Counted from the whole stretch's first letter, positions 1 through 13,680 are shown. The stretch: DNA of 62,175 bases, filler included, from Sphacelaria rigidula (GCA_964200075.2; 9 parts of 9 records of this genome joined end to end with filler, not necessarily neighbours in it); one strand, 5' to 3'. The notes: generated by a model from the letters alone, not told the origin. A program made the numbers and translations.

Positions 1-185
1 GAGAACGTGAGTAAACAAAGGAGTCGACTGGGTTTGTGTGAGGTGAGTTGACGCGATGCGGGAGTGCTGATCCAATCTGCAAGACCAAAATAAAAGGCAC
101 GTACCGGGGGAGATATGGGTTGATCCCTCGAGACCACGGACTGATCCCGAGGAAGGAAAGGGATTCAAAGTGTGAGGAAAAAACA
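1..185 (+). mobile_element. 3' part of tRNA-derived SINE (family B)
   Basis: Reverse-complement match to the copy at 32664-32966 (GATCCCTCGAGACCACGGACT...TTCAAAGTGTGAG-A tail). Confidence 0.75.
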
Positions 186-960
186 CGATGTCACTTCCAC
201 GCGCGGGTGATCCTGCAGTACGCAACCTGTATTCAAACAACAGTAGCATATTGCTGAAACTAAGCGCCGCGAATACACTCTGCATTTCGAGCATGGTGAA
301 CAACTGAGGAACTCACGTTATCCTTGTAAACCGTGGACGCGGTCGATAATGCTTTGTAGCTGGCATTGACTGTCTTGTCCAGGTTCACCTCCTCTGTGAC
401 TCCCACTCCCTGCTTGATATGCGATCAACGCCCACCACAGTGAATCGCAGGCAGGTCGAGACCGGTGAGTAGGTAGATCGAGGTACACACAGCGGTTTAA
501 TCTAGCACGGATCAGTTCAAGTGGAGCGTTAGGTTTCGGGAGTAGTGGAAATGCGCTAGTCAAAGTCTGACTGGACGTTCAACCTCGTACTGATTTGTGC
601 AAAATTTGTGGAAAGTTCGCGTTCAGCGCTTGGTTGTTGAGGTTTTAGAGGCTGAAACACATACTAAAGATATTAATACGGCGCCTGCAATGCATCAGGC
701 ATTTTCACAAGTTCTTCAAGCTCTATCTCCCACTATGCGGATCAGAACGTTGCCATCGATGTCATCTTCAAGCCAAAAAATCGTGTGAAACGTGTGACCT
801 AACTCTAAGAGGTAAGCTGTCAAGGTTGGAGGTGGAAGGATACACCCGTTGGCGGGGCTCTCCCGTTCACGTTTTGTTCTCCAGTACCAGTGTCTGCTAC
901 ACGTGAACGGCTTGAGTCCAGTGAGACCCTTGTGTTTAATAGACCGTTGGTTTTATAGGC

Positions 961-1508
961 CCTCCTCCCGCCCCCTTTCCCTTTTGAGCGTTGGCGTCGG
1001 TTGGCAACGACTCTTGAGCACAAGCAACTCACTGCTCAAGCTAGGCCACCAGGTTGCCGTTTTTGTCTTCGCCTGCGTTTCATATTTTGCGGTAACCATG
1101 ATATTGGCCGAGCTAAATCATACTGTGCGGGGTGGAGAACCCGAACTCCGCGCAAAGGGGATGATCGTACTACGTGGTGTTTAAGTGGTGAGGCACCAAT
1201 GAGGCAGTGTGGAAGCCGTGACAATCTCTGGAAGAGGCAGTACCAGAAAATGAAGCAAATTATTGGAGGCCATCAATCATATGCAAGATACTTGGATAGC
1301 TTCGGGCCAAATGATCTTAGCAAGATGCAGTTTACCGTTAATGTGACTCGCCGAAGACATCATGGTGATTCGCGCTTGGTGATTGATTGCGAGTATGGCC
1401 TGGCGGAAACCCGGCATGCTACGTCTTGGCTTTTTAAGGATGCGCGGTCAATGGTGTTATCACTGTGGCATGCAAGATGACCAGCACACCCTACCCCCCT
1501 TTCCCCCC
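961..1508 (+). repeat. ~550-bp dispersed repeat flanked by poly-C tracts (longest copy type)
   Basis: Aligns over its length to 57017-57578 (-) and in part to 30360-30688, 40980-41344, 43547-43672, 48158-48337 and 39688-39800. Confidence 0.8.
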
Positions 1509-1509
1509 A

Positions 1510-2160
1510 ACAAGGTTATTTCGTGAAAATGTATTGTACCACCCGGCCGGTTCTCGCTGGGTACAACTTTGCTTCGCACCCGGCACTGTCTTGTGGCAAA
1601 GGATGCTACGGGAGTTCGATGCACTGCCACCACTGTATCGGGAGCATGGGTGCCTACAGTAGCTCCATCGGGACAGAGAAATGACCTGCACCCAACGACT
1701 TCCAAAACAAATTCGAAAGTCATCATCCTTGTCGGCATTTACGCCAGCTGATGCAATTGCGGTCGGTTTGGAACTGCTCCGACCGAGAGTGAAGACGAAT
1801 AATTCGCCGATGCCCACCAATCCGATGGCCAACGACCACTCTGGCAAGCAGTTGTTTTCCACACGAGGCTGGTCGCTCACCACGTAGTTGAAGAGATGAC
1901 TGGTTGATTCGTTGGTGATACAGTTGTAGGACACCTGAATTCCTGTAGACACGGTGCCAGATATCGTGTCGTTCAGGTACAGGAAAACGCTTTCACTGAG
2001 GCGCAAACAGGGGGGGGCGGGGGGGGGGGGGGGGGGCGGGCGGCGGGGGGGGAAGGGTAAACTAATTTAAAAACCGATATCGGTTGCTAGGAATTCAAAA
2101 ATGGATGNNNNNNNNNNGAAGTGAATGGAGAGAGCGGAGGGCGGAAGGGGGGCGGGGGGC

Positions 2161-2200
<40 letters not shown>

Positions 2201-5200
2201 CGCTGAGGCCGGGTGGGCAAGGGATACGAATTCGATGCACTTGATAGCGTGCTAGGTATTTGAAAAAGGTTGTGTATAGCACATGGGTCACAACGTTATG
2301 CCGCACGATGTTGCGTACTTCAACAAATATGAACGCTTGGGGGAAATGCGCTTCTCGCGCTAAAATATACAAGGATCGAAGGCGTCAAAGCAAAAAATTG
2401 ACGTCGGTATCGCAGTTGACAAGCCTACTGGCGAATCATTAACGGGCTACAAGCTCTCGCATCGTATCGGAACCCACGCTCTACAGGTTGGTCGGCACAC
2501 AATAATTTCGCACAAGCCGTTTCAGGGTCTTTCCGTCGAGCATCCGCCACGAGCACGAGACATATTTGGGAAAACGTTGTTCGGGTAGCTGCAGCCCTCA
2601 GCTTCGCAACAGGACCAGCGACGTATCTTTACTCTCGTGGCTGTGTTGTCCCGTGCCTCAAAGGGATTGTTCGTGATCACAATTGTGGCACCAAAACGAA
2701 AATTAGGCAGCAGCGGCGAGAATGCACGCGGAACACATGTACTCCTACACTCACGAATTTGCTTAAGACCGAAATTCTCATTGGGACAACGTCTAGATTC
2801 ACTACACCTGTGGTCCTCCCATTTGCCGTCCTCCACGCCGCACGTAGTAGAGTTTCCAGGATAACCGCCCGGAAACCATTTCATCTGTTCGTACACAAAG
2901 ATTAGACCCCATCAAGGCGAGACGCTGTTGTTCTCGATATTTATTCGTTGCAAAGTCACCAATCGGGTGAGATTCTTATGGATGTCAACCGGGAGATGTT
3001 ACTTTGGATAGGAGCTGCGGGTTGTCTTGTGTTTGAAAGATTGCGCATGTTGCGCGAGAGGGCGTGGACGTTGTGAGTACATTCTGGTGTTGAATATTGG
3101 CCAGGTTCACCAGCACATTCGGGATATTATTGTTATCGGATAATCCGCGGGGAAGATTTACGGTCTAAGCGCTGGAAGAAAATATCTGCATTCTAGGATG
3201 TAAACCTGTATAACAAATGTGAACCGGAAAAAGCAGGGAATGCGTGCAGCGGTCCCTGGCTTACGTCTCTGTTCTGTTCCCTATCGCCCTCCTCTTGCCT
3301 CTCTTGGACGACGTGTGGCTCCCGTAGTGCCAGCTCAAGGGACAATGGTTGTTCAGAGAATAGATGGTAGCTGCCTGGATCAATGTTCGACTACGGAATA
3401 TCTGGAATTTTCTGGATGACGCGCAGTAGGCGTCTGAAATCACACATCATCGACCACTCTTGCGATGGGAACCTTGCTGACGACCTGCGCGCAATATACC
3501 GACAAAGGATGTCCACACTCTACCGTACATTTGTGGCAAGGAGATATGTCGAAAAGTAGTCTGAACGAAGACCTTGTGTCGGAAAAATTGTGTCCCCCCC
3601 AGGTGAACATGTTCGTGTGCTTCGGACAGGTGTGATGAACAAACTACGACTCGGTTCCAGTTTTCATAAACCTGGGCCCATCCAGCAGTACATATGAATG
3701 GCAAAAACGTACTCATCGACAAAACCGCCATGCGATCGATGACAGGAGAAACATTTTCTTTAGCCTCATATTTCATAGATTTGCTTGACCAGAGCTAGAA
3801 ATGTAATTGAACCCTTGAAAAAACTCTTCGTGTGGTAGTAAAATAGTGCAAAACGTCCGCCCTTGGCTTACAACTCACTTCCAATAGTATGTAGTCCAGG
3901 TCATCGTCGGGGTCCCGTTCTTTCCCGAGCTCGACCTCCAAGGCTGATGCTTCGAAGACTACGCACCACCCTCGCTGCCCGTGAACCCACCGGTGATTTG
4001 TTTGTGTGTTGAGCGACATGGGCGGGGGCGTGGAGGCATTCATCTCAGAACCAGGGATCGTGTGAAACAGTCACGTGTGGTGTTTCCTACAAGAGCGACA
4101 CCGATGCAACCACTTGGAGTGCTCGGCCGCTCGCACTGATCGACATGCACCGCGAACACTTTCACAATATATTGCAGAGCAACGCCTCTGACTAAAAGAA
4201 CAGGTTCAGGAACATCATCACCGTTCCCGCCATTCCTATTACCCGAAGAGTCTCGGCGCACACCTGAAAGACCAATTCAGTACCGAGCAACCGTTGTGAC
4301 CTCGCGGTGCTTCGAGTGTCACCACGACAGCAAACATCAAGTTGTGCTTCAACGATGCCGAAGACCAGTTCCGTGCGTGATTAACGGTAACTTGCGGAGG
4401 GGAACCGTCGACGGTCGTCCGTAGCAGTCAGAGATTGTGACGAAAATGGAGAAGTCTAGAACATTGCGACCATTTGCTCCACCTTTTACTGCAAAAGTGT
4501 CCAGTCCCGTATTGTTGTAGTCGTATATTATACTCTTGATATGCGGAGAGGAAGCGTGCAGCAAGTCGTACATTCGGAAAAGTTCCAGATCCATCGTTTC
4601 CACTCGAAACAGGGCTTTTGGGAATCAACCCAACCATTTGAGTAAGTGGGACTAGTTGGAGCGCGTGGTGAACACCAAAACGACAGATAAGCACGACGAA
4701 TGTAAGAGTTCTCCGCTCATCATCTACTCGGCACACCTCTCCAAGCAAATAAATGATGCGTGATGTTATTCACCACCGTGCTGCCGGGACGTGGGAATCT
4801 TGTTCTTACGTGTGAAGCCTTCGTTACCACGACACGAGTTCTTACCGACACAACAATAATGGGGGTGATCCAGCAAATTGACTAGAATTCCACGACACTC
4901 AAACATTTGTTGGTTTTGCAGATACCCGTTTTTCGAGAAAACGAATGACATAGCACACGCCGGGCTCAATTGGCACAACATCCAACTGCCGCGCACCGCT
5001 CAGAAACGGTTAGTGTGACGATCGAATGCAAGTACGAGACGTTCGTCGTCACCTCGTCCGTGAGCGTTTCCGCAAATTTCAGTTCCTGCTCCTTTGTTCC
5101 GTTGGGGTGATATCGTGCCCGTGTTCGCCCCCCCTCTGTAGCGTATATGGATCGCACGCACTCGTCCTCCAGCGGTTGTGTATCGCACCCGTAAAAGTCG

Positions 5201-5359
5201 AAGAGGCAGGCCCAAATGTCTGGATACCTGTATACTTTGTTCTGCATGTTGTACATGGATAGGGCAGCATGGAGGGTTTTCGGGGATGTTAAATTGCGGG
5301 GACTTCAGGCTTCGCAACTGTCTCCGGTACAGTCGTTCATGATCTGCCGATAGCACCAT
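1510..5359 (-). pseudogene. Decayed intronless coding region of unknown origin (possible viral or transposon relic)
   Basis: Chain of same-strand ORF fragments (5000-5359, 4966-5256, 4766-4996, 4428-4748, 4349-4603, 4040-4261, 3795-4043, 2522-2896, 1491-2006), several overlapping in different frames. ATG at 5359 lies behind an A-run. No recognisable domain. Confidence 0.3.
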
Positions 5360-6289
5360 TTATGATGTCCCCCGTTGGAGTTTTTTTTTGTACTTTGACT
5401 GTCGTATACTCTCCGGAGCGTACGTCCTTGTTATACGCGTTTCTCAACCTCGTCCACACGTGTCGAATCACCGCTCACAAAGAACGAGGGACGCGCGGTA
5501 TACCAAGTTCGTGATTCGCCAGTAGTGATCGCAAAGGCAAGAGACAGACCCGGCTATACCCGGACGTATTTTCCACAGGTTCAGTTACACCTTACAGGCT
5601 GGTTCATGGTGATCACCCAAAATTGTGTCATTAGCGAATGCCTTCCGCAATACGCACCCAATAGTCGCATATATGGCATCGTACTGACCGCAATGAAGGG
5701 ACGAAGAGGTTGACATAGCCCGCTTTTTATCTAAGGCCGTAGCGGTGGCGCTATGGACGAAAATGTGTNNNNNNNNNNCGAGATCTATATCACGAATATC
5801 AAGCCCAATTTTCACCCAATTTCTACATGCTTCAAATCGTAGTAACCGTCATCGACACGGGACTCTAACGAGAGATCCATAGTTTTAGAACGGTTACTAC
5901 GGGGGTCGAATGATACCCGGAACCGTGATGTGTCGGTAATGTCGGGTGTTGGCGTCGTCTAATTTCCACTAATGATAACACAAAAGACCTAGGGAGCCTC
6001 GTGACGGTGCCCCCTATATGTGTTGTAGAAAAGCTCAGATCGCCCTCAAACTCGGCAGTTCCGTAGATATTGATGCTCAAAATAGAAAGAATGTATTCTT
6101 GACAATATATCATGGTTTCTCCGTTCTCTACCGCCTTCCGCGGGTCTTCATGCTGGGACCCCCGGAAGGCGGTACAGAATGCCCTAATAGAAAAATAATG
6201 AAATGATGCGTCCCGGGAGAGTTCAAGGAACACATGTACAAAGTCCGGTGGAGAAACTCGAAAACCTTATACAGTTTTTCTTGCCTTGA

Positions 6290-6820
6290 CGTCAATTTCA
6301 CCCCAAAAGACGTTTCAATACTAAAACCAAGTAGTTAGGAGTTGCACGTTTCAAGCCCACGCCCTCCACAAACACGCAAACTCCCACGCTATCATTAGGA
6401 ATTAGATCCTGAAACTTTGCATAAATATGCTACGTATCATTACGCAACTTTCTACGGACGATGTTTTTTGTACTTGTTGAGTTTTTCACCGTTTTTGGGG
6501 GTTCCAACGGGATCGATGTCGTTTTTCGAAGTAGTCTCCCTTTTGGGACCCCAGAAACACGGCACTACGATATGTTTCTCACTTTTTCGCAAACTATCTG
6601 CTTCCGCATAACCCAAGGATGGGCTCCACAATTTTTCGTCGCAAAACTCGATCAACTGATGCTTGTAGGTATTCACATCAAAGACGACCCAAAAATGCCG
6701 TTTTGGTACTAAAATCAAGTAGTTTGCGGTTTCACGGCGGTACGGCAAACTTCATCGCACAAAGGCCAAAAACCTCACGTCGTTTTAAGGATTTAGACAC
6801 TGAAATTTTGCACAACTATG
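6290..6820. repeat. Dispersed non-coding repeat (MITE-like)
   Basis: About 6380-6510 matches the reverse complement of about 48630-48760 (GACCCCC.AAAACGGTG...TTTCAGGATCTAA). Confidence 0.55.
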
Positions 6821-6920
6821 NNNNNNNNNNNNNNNNNNNNNNNNNNNNNNNNNNNNNNNNNNNNTTAATTAATTAANNNNNNNNNNNNNNNNNNNNNNNN
6901 NNNNNNNNNNNNNNNNNNNN
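6821..6920. other. Artificial scaffold linker N44-TTAATTAATTAA-N44
   Basis: Identical 100-bp linker with a six-frame stop core, repeated at 13741-13840, 20661-20760, 27581-27680, 34500-34599, 41419-41518, 48338-48437 and 55257-55356. Confidence 0.97.
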
Positions 6921-9671
6921 TGCTCGTCCAGACCCAATTCGACGAGTTATGGGCTGAAGTTTTACAGGAGTGCCCGGGACGCGATTGCTCATCACCTGGT
7001 TGAATGTACATTCGTTACTTTTAATTTAACACGGAGTTATGGCGATTTTCCTGTTTCCGTATAAACTTCAAGTCGCTCTAACTTCTTTATTATTATTTTT
7101 TTCAAGTGTACAGACACTAGTCCTGTCCGGACTGGTGATAAAAATAAAGTTGTGTCAAAATTCCAGCGCCTAACTCTTCGAAATACCGCCTGCCGGCCCT
7201 TTTCGCTGTTTCGTTATCCTCACAGCTGGACCAGCTCGTAGTAGCACGAAGCAAATTACGGATTTTGGGCAATGCCATCGATACGCCCTCAAAACGCAGT
7301 CCCTTCGGCCCAGACTGCGTGAGACGTCAGTGGATGCATATGTTGACACGCAGATACGCTCACTTCCTGCTTGGTGGCTCCTGCCCTGGCAAACGAACAC
7401 ATCGATCCGTATTGCGCACACTCTGGATGATGTCATTCTACGCGGTACCTATCTTGGTATCGCCTGTAGAAGCGTTCACTTCAGGAGACACGGCCGTGCA
7501 AGCGCTATTAGTGCTTTTACCTGCTGAAACTTCGACCACATGTCATGCAGACTCCAGACAACAAACCCATATTGCTGAATCTGGGGTTGCGCGGTGTGCG
7601 CGTGCGTATAGGGGCGAAAAAATGTCGGATTCTGTTCCGATTTTTTCTTTTCTTTTTCTTTTGGCGAAAGACTGAGGTACCCAGGTACCACTGTTCAGAT
7701 CTCGTGATAAAACAGAATGGGAACAAACGAGCAGAAGAGCGAAATATGTTCATACTCGAGGGAACCGCAGGGTGACGCAGTGCCCCACCTTCCCACGTCA
7801 AGAATGGAGCAAGGTAGTCGAAAATTGACTGCATCGGGAATGATCCAACAGATTGTAATACTCCACAAAACGAAGTCACAACTACGATCGATCCTGTCGG
7901 ATATTGAAGGTAGCGATGGTAGCATGGTAAGGTTGAAACAAGAACCGCAGCGATTTATTGGGACGCAGGGGGCAGATGCTGTTTTGGTACAAGCAGTACA
8001 AACGAACCGGACAGATCAGGGTGTTCAGTCGGTTGGTTGTTTTTCGTTGCCCCCGGAACATCGTGAATTGTTATCAGAACCGATGATGACCACACGCGCC
8101 ACTGCTGTTGTTGGTACTTTCCCTTACACGGCAGACACTAAGCCATCGACGTCCAGCAACAAATCCCAGAAGGGGAAAGCGCCGGTAGTGGGACTGCCAG
8201 GTGTCATGGTACCGCACACCACCCCGGTGGAGACGGCTGGTTCTGCTAGCGAGGCCACCCCTGCGGAACCCTTGGTTTCTCCGACTGAAGTGGTGATGAC
8301 CCCAGATAAAGAGGTCGAGGATGAGGTTGCATGTATTGATGACTCCGCGGTTGGGAAAACTCAACCTAGTGCTATGATCGACTATGTGGTCGAAATGTTC
8401 GCAAACTATTAGATTCGCTGTCCCACGCGGATAGATGCCGTGTGTTGGGAAAGGACGCTGATGGTGGGAGTCGTTCAGTCAAGACGGTTGCTGCGCCTGG
8501 AGGGGTCTATACCCCCATTCCGTCAGGTCAGACGAGGCCCAAGTTGGTTGAAACTATCCAAAAAGAGGCACCCATTTTCCACACACCGATGACGGTGGCA
8601 AGGCACACGGTCGAACGTCCGTCTGGGATGAGGTCATACTCCCCGGCCAGTGAAACCTCCTTTGAGGAGTCTGATACAGACAGTGATGAGGCTTTAGCAC
8701 ATATCCTACATAAAGCGGAACTCCGTGCCGCAGCTCGTAGAAGATAAATAATTGAAACCCTTATTCGAAAAGACGAAGCAATGGCTCGGTGATTGTCGGC
8801 AGCCCCGGCCAAGCAAGGGGAGACACGTAATCAGCCTTCCGTGGGTGTGATTGGGTCCGCTGACCCGGAGTGGCAGTTGGTTTCAAAGAAGGCAAGGCAG
8901 CCCCATAAAACCTACGCCCAGGCTTTGAAAGAAACTCATTCTATATCGGCGGATGAATTTGTGTTCCCGGTTCCATCGTTACAGGCGGCGCGTCGGGAAT
9001 TACACGAGGGGGCGGACAATTTTAGAAAGGCGAAAGAGGCCTTGGAAGAGGTTCTGGCTGAACAAGCCGAACAAAGGAGTTGGACACCACCTCGGCCAGG
9101 GCTGACGTACTGGAACAGAGGAAATGAAAGCTAACTTTTCCGGAATAAGATAACGTGCCTCGAAGGGTGGCCCCTGTCTGACTGGCTTGAATACAACGCA
9201 ATGGTGACATCTACGTGGGGTAGCGGAACTCCCAAATCGCCCCAGCCTTCCGGTAGAGCACGGGGAAGAGGGTTTACGGCTGGTCGTGGACCCAGAGAGC
9301 AGCGTTGGTGGGACGAGTCTAACTCGGAAGGAGGAAGCAGCTCTCATAGTTGGCATGGGCAGCAGTCCCCGAGAGGCCGCCGGGGGAGAGGCAGAGGACA
9401 CCCGCAGTTTTATTATAAAATGACGTGCGGGAATGAAAATGAGTCGTCAAAAAATCAAAGAGCAGTAGTTGATCTTACCGCAGCAAACGCGCAACCGTCC
9501 ATGATTACACAGTCTGCGCCAACGCAAGTGGCAAGTAAAGTGTCCGCAACCCCGACACCCCCATCGGCCAGGTCTGCCACTGATATTGCGCGGGAATACG
9601 CTAAGATAGACACCTCCATATTAATTGATTTACCGAAATGACCGCTCAGTCCAAATCACGATGTAGCCGAT

Positions 9672-10781
9672 TTGGTAGCTTTTGGTGCGGCCCTTCGTGA
9701 TTCGACAAATGATATGCGTGTGATTGTTGGGGACACTGACCCCGATCATTGGCACCTGGGTGAAGGTGGAATTTCTCCGACCAGAGATCACGATGTTCGT
9801 AGCTTAACAGCTCACGACAGTCGGGGCAACAGTAATGAGAATCAGGGGGGATCAAGCGTAGATGGTCCTGCTCTTGATCTGGCAACCGTACACGAAAGTG
9901 GATCATCTGACGACGGTAACGATGTGCAGACATGCATGACTATTGATTTCCCCGATAGAACCGTTGAAGAATCCCACGATACTTCACGACAAACAGATTG
10001 TGAGGAATCTCCGTGTTACGTAGGGCGTAGGGTAGCTGTAGAAAAAGGTAGCGAACCAAGTGGGACCCCAGCAGAAAGTATTTATGCGTTGGACCCAAGA
10101 ACTGGCCGTCGTTTGCCTACAGGATCAGTTTCCGCCCGCGTACCAGCGACAATATCTAGTCAGGTAGCGCGAGGAAGGAAAGGTCGTTACTTGGAAGAAA
10201 TTAACCAAGTCATGGGGGGGGAAGTAAATTTAAACCGCAAAGAAAGTTTGACCTTGGCGCAAATATTTTCTGGCCCGAAGGCTACTAGAACTTCGGAGGT
10301 TAAGACTTTGGTGGACACAAAGAGCCTGGCGACGTTTATTCATTGCTCAATATGGAAAAAAATGGTTGACGTTGGGGCAGCCACCTTTGAAGGCGTCCGA
10401 GAGATAGACTCGGTATCCTGGGGTGGTTTTAATGGTGTCCCGTTGGGTACTTCTTCACAGGTGCGGTTGAATATCAGACTGTGGCCTAGAAGACCCAACC
10501 CACGAATGTTGGTTCAAAACGGACGAGCATGTTTAGCAATTTACGCCCATGTTGTACCTGATGGAACAATGAATTATGACATTCTAGTAGGGCGTGATGG
10601 CCTCGGATTATTTCCGGTCACAACGTATCGTGATGTAAACCGACGAGAAACGGTCATGACCTTGGAAGGAAACAACAGTGACTCTGTTGATCGTGCGTTT
10701 GCGGAACAAGTCCGCACGACTGTTGGTTTTGTGGAGCCGAAATCGGCAACAGCTCAGGTTATAGTGAGTCTCATGAGATGA
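9672..10781 (+). pseudogene. Retrotransposon aspartic protease-containing ORF fragment
   Basis: LVDTKS (degenerate DTG motif) and downstream YDILVGRD motif typical of retroviral-type proteases. Confidence 0.75.
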
Positions 10782-11142
10782 TACGACCGGATACATTGTC
10801 ATGGATTCCGGTAGAACCATGTGACATGGACGGAACGCCCACCAAAAGTGGCTGTTATTATGCATCTCTGGATCCAGATTGGTCCCCACATGAGATTATC
10901 GTAGAAGCAAGTGAATCCATTATCCCTCTCCGTTATAGAGGTTTAGAAGGACAGCTGTTGCATCCAAACTCCACTCTAGGTTCAGCGGGGGCACCTTTGG
11001 TACCGTGCTCTCTGGAGGACGTTGAGATTTATGAAACAAAGAATGTAACACCCGAGGAGGTATTCACGATTGACCAAAATTTAGAGGAACCTCTGGTTTT
11101 GGCAGGTTTCACTAATGAACAACGACGAGCATTTACAGATAT

Positions 11143-12945
11143 GTGGGTGAAGCTTCTCGTACATATGCGAAAAATAAAGTTCGGGTTGAAAGGCGCACAT
11201 TGGCCAGTGAAGGACAAAGAAATTTGGGGGAACTTTTGTGCAAATATTCACATCGATTTTTAAAGGACAAGATGGATTTGGGGTATTGCACGGTGGATCC
11301 ATTTAAGACTGAACTCAAACCGGGGACGAGGCCGGTCAAACAGCGCCCGTATCGTCACAACCCGGCGGTTCAAAAGAAGGTGCAAGTGGAAATCAACCGC
11401 ATGCTCGCAGCAGGCATTTTAAGGACATCATATTCCAACTGGAGTAGTCCGCTCGTGGTGGTGAAAAAAGCAGATGGGTCCATTCGAATTACGTGCAACT
11501 ACAAGAAGCTGAATGAAAGTACAATGATTCCGGTGTTGCCCATTCCAATCATTGAGGAACTCTTTGGATGAATTAGGGGGTGCTAAAATATTTTCATGTT
11601 TGGATATCACTTCTGATTACTTGAATGTGGCTATACATCAAGACTCAATCCCATTGACGGCGATTTGTACTTAGAGTGGTCTCTATGACTGGTTAGTTAT
11701 GCCGATGGGGTGCAGTGGAAGTCCAGGTTGGTTTCAGGCTATCATGGCGAGAATATGTGACGGGTTGGAACGATTTCGTCTAAATATTGATGACGTGTGT
11801 ACACTCAGCGGAGCAGGTAAACAGCATGTAGATGATTTGGAGGGTCTTTTTCAACGACTGACCAAGTACAACCTCAAGTTGGCAGCGAAAAAAGCACATG
11901 TTGGAATGAAAGAAACAAAGTTTCTGGGACATCACATACCGGCTGAGGGAACTTCTCCTGATCAGATCAAGGTGCAAGCTTTAATCAAAAGATGCCAATG
12001 CCAGCCGATGTATCTCAGCTAAGATCGCTACTGGGAGGTTTGGGGTACTACCGTAAATTTATTCCGCGAATGGCCGCGAGACTCAAACCTCTAACGCAAT
12101 TGCTGAAGAAGGGGGTTCGGTTTCAGTTTACTCAAGAACACGAATCGATAGCCAAGGAGATGTTATCATCCTTGACCGGTACGAACGTTTTAGCATCTCC
12201 GAACTGCGAAGATGCAGCGTTGGGAAAACGCCCATTTATGCTCACAACGGATGCATGTCTGAATGGTCTGGGCGCGGCGGTGGAACAACGCCAAGAGGAT
12301 AACACGGTTCGACCTCTTATTTTTCTTAGTCGAGGAACACTCCCCAACGAGAGAAATTGGAGTGTGTCCGAATTAGAGGCAGCGGCTATTGTGTGGGCAA
12401 TCAAAAAGAACAGACGACTGTTCTACGGAGTGCCGTTTGGAATCTGTACTGATCACCAACCTTTGCGAAATTTATTGAGCCTTGCAGAAAAGTTTCCGAG
12501 AGTTCAGCGATGGCACGACTTTTCAAGTGCGTACACTTATAAAATTAAGTACAAGCCAGGACGCGTGAACGCGGATGCGGGTATGTTGTCTCGTTTACCA
12601 CAGCCGCCGGATGATAATGATAATGATATATCTGGGGATGCCCGAATAACGGACCCGGGAGACATGGATGTACATTTTATTGGCGTTGGTGGAATATGGT
12701 CGAGAATTATTCAAAACTCGACCAGGGATGGACATGTAGGGTCGGTGGTGAGTACCCATGATTCAAACTTGAATTGGCTAGACCCGGGATCGGTTTTTAA
12801 AATTGGGGGAGAAGAAGTAAGTGCAGTACCGCTCACGACCTCTGAAAAAGCTGACCTAAAATGGATCGAGCTACAAAGAGCGAGGGATAGTGCACGGGTG
12901 GAAAGTGGAAAAAGTGGACAAGTCTTCGTACGTGGTACGGGATGA
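11143..12945 (+). pseudogene. Gypsy reverse transcriptase and RNase H (frameshifted)
   Basis: ORFs 11143-11571, 11699-12022 and 11992-12945 carry consecutive RT and RNase H motifs, broken by frameshifts near 11565 and 11990 and a stop near 11671. Confidence 0.93.
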
Positions 12946-13072
12946 CACGCCATTCATTTCTCCACAGATTTGTGACATGATCAGAGGACAGTGGGAACAA
13001 GGACTGACTTTGCATGCATGTCCGATCACCGAAGTTGGGAGATGACTGCTACAACCTCAAGAACATGGAGCC

Positions 13073-13680
13073 GTGTTAGTCATTGAACCCACGACCAATA
13101 AAGGAAGTAGTAGTGCGGGGCCATTAACAACGGTACCACTGACTCTGGAAGCAGAAGAAGACTGTCATTTTGTAGAACATTGGTGTCAGAAATCGGCAAA
13201 CGATTGGGCTCAAATACAGCAGGAAGATCTCACGTCGAGAACAGTCATCGAACATTTGAAAATACGAGTGACGGTGTTGACTAAGGATCAAGAGAAGGGG
13301 GTTCCCTCACGAATTGACCTATCCGAGTTCAAAAGATTACTGAAACAGGGAACACTTTTGGAAATATCGAACGGAGGTTTATTATTAGTAAAAAAGCAGA
13401 CACCGATGCCCAGCCAACTGAACCGAAACCCTGGACAATTTGAGAGGTATTTGGGAGAAGAGCCAACCAGAACGTATGTGCCACTGCTTTTGAGACCTTG
13501 GGTAATGGATCAAACTTACAAAGAAGCGATTCATTTGGGGGACGGCATCACGTTATCTTTGTTGAAACGGTATTACTGCTGGATTGGAATGAAGGACAAT
13601 GTAAAATTGTGGATCAGAAGATGTTATACATGTCAAGCCCGGAAAAATCCGAGACATACAGTGAGATGGCCACTTATTTC
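13073..13680 (+). pseudogene. Gypsy integrase N-terminal HHCC zinc-binding region
   Basis: AIHLGDGITLSLLKRYYCWIGMKDNVKLWIRRCYTCQARK; similarity ends at PLIS before the catalytic core. Confidence 0.85.

Larger units (their letters stand above)
7717..13680 (+). mobile_element. Degenerate Ty3/gypsy LTR retrotransposon internal region (gag-like, PR-RT-RNaseH-IN), 3'-truncated
   Basis: Domain order PR-RT-RH-IN. Protease VKTLVDTKSLATFI; RT PVKQRPYR...WSSPLVVVKKADGSIRITCNYKKLN...MPMGCSGSP...NIDD; RNase H LTTDAC...ELEAAAIVWAIK...TDHQPL; integrase Zn finger HLG...CYTC. Many stops and frameshifts. LTRs not identified. Confidence 0.93.

Noticed and set aside
2010-2220. Poly-G/poly-Pro ORFs and G-quadruplex signals (also 58874-59050)
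   Set aside because: Homopolymer runs next to internal N gaps; likely low-quality sequence of unreliable length.
6865-6876. Regularly spaced TTAATTAATTAA palindromes as biological sites
   Set aside because: They always sit in the centre of an identical N44/N44 block and are artificial six-frame stop linkers.
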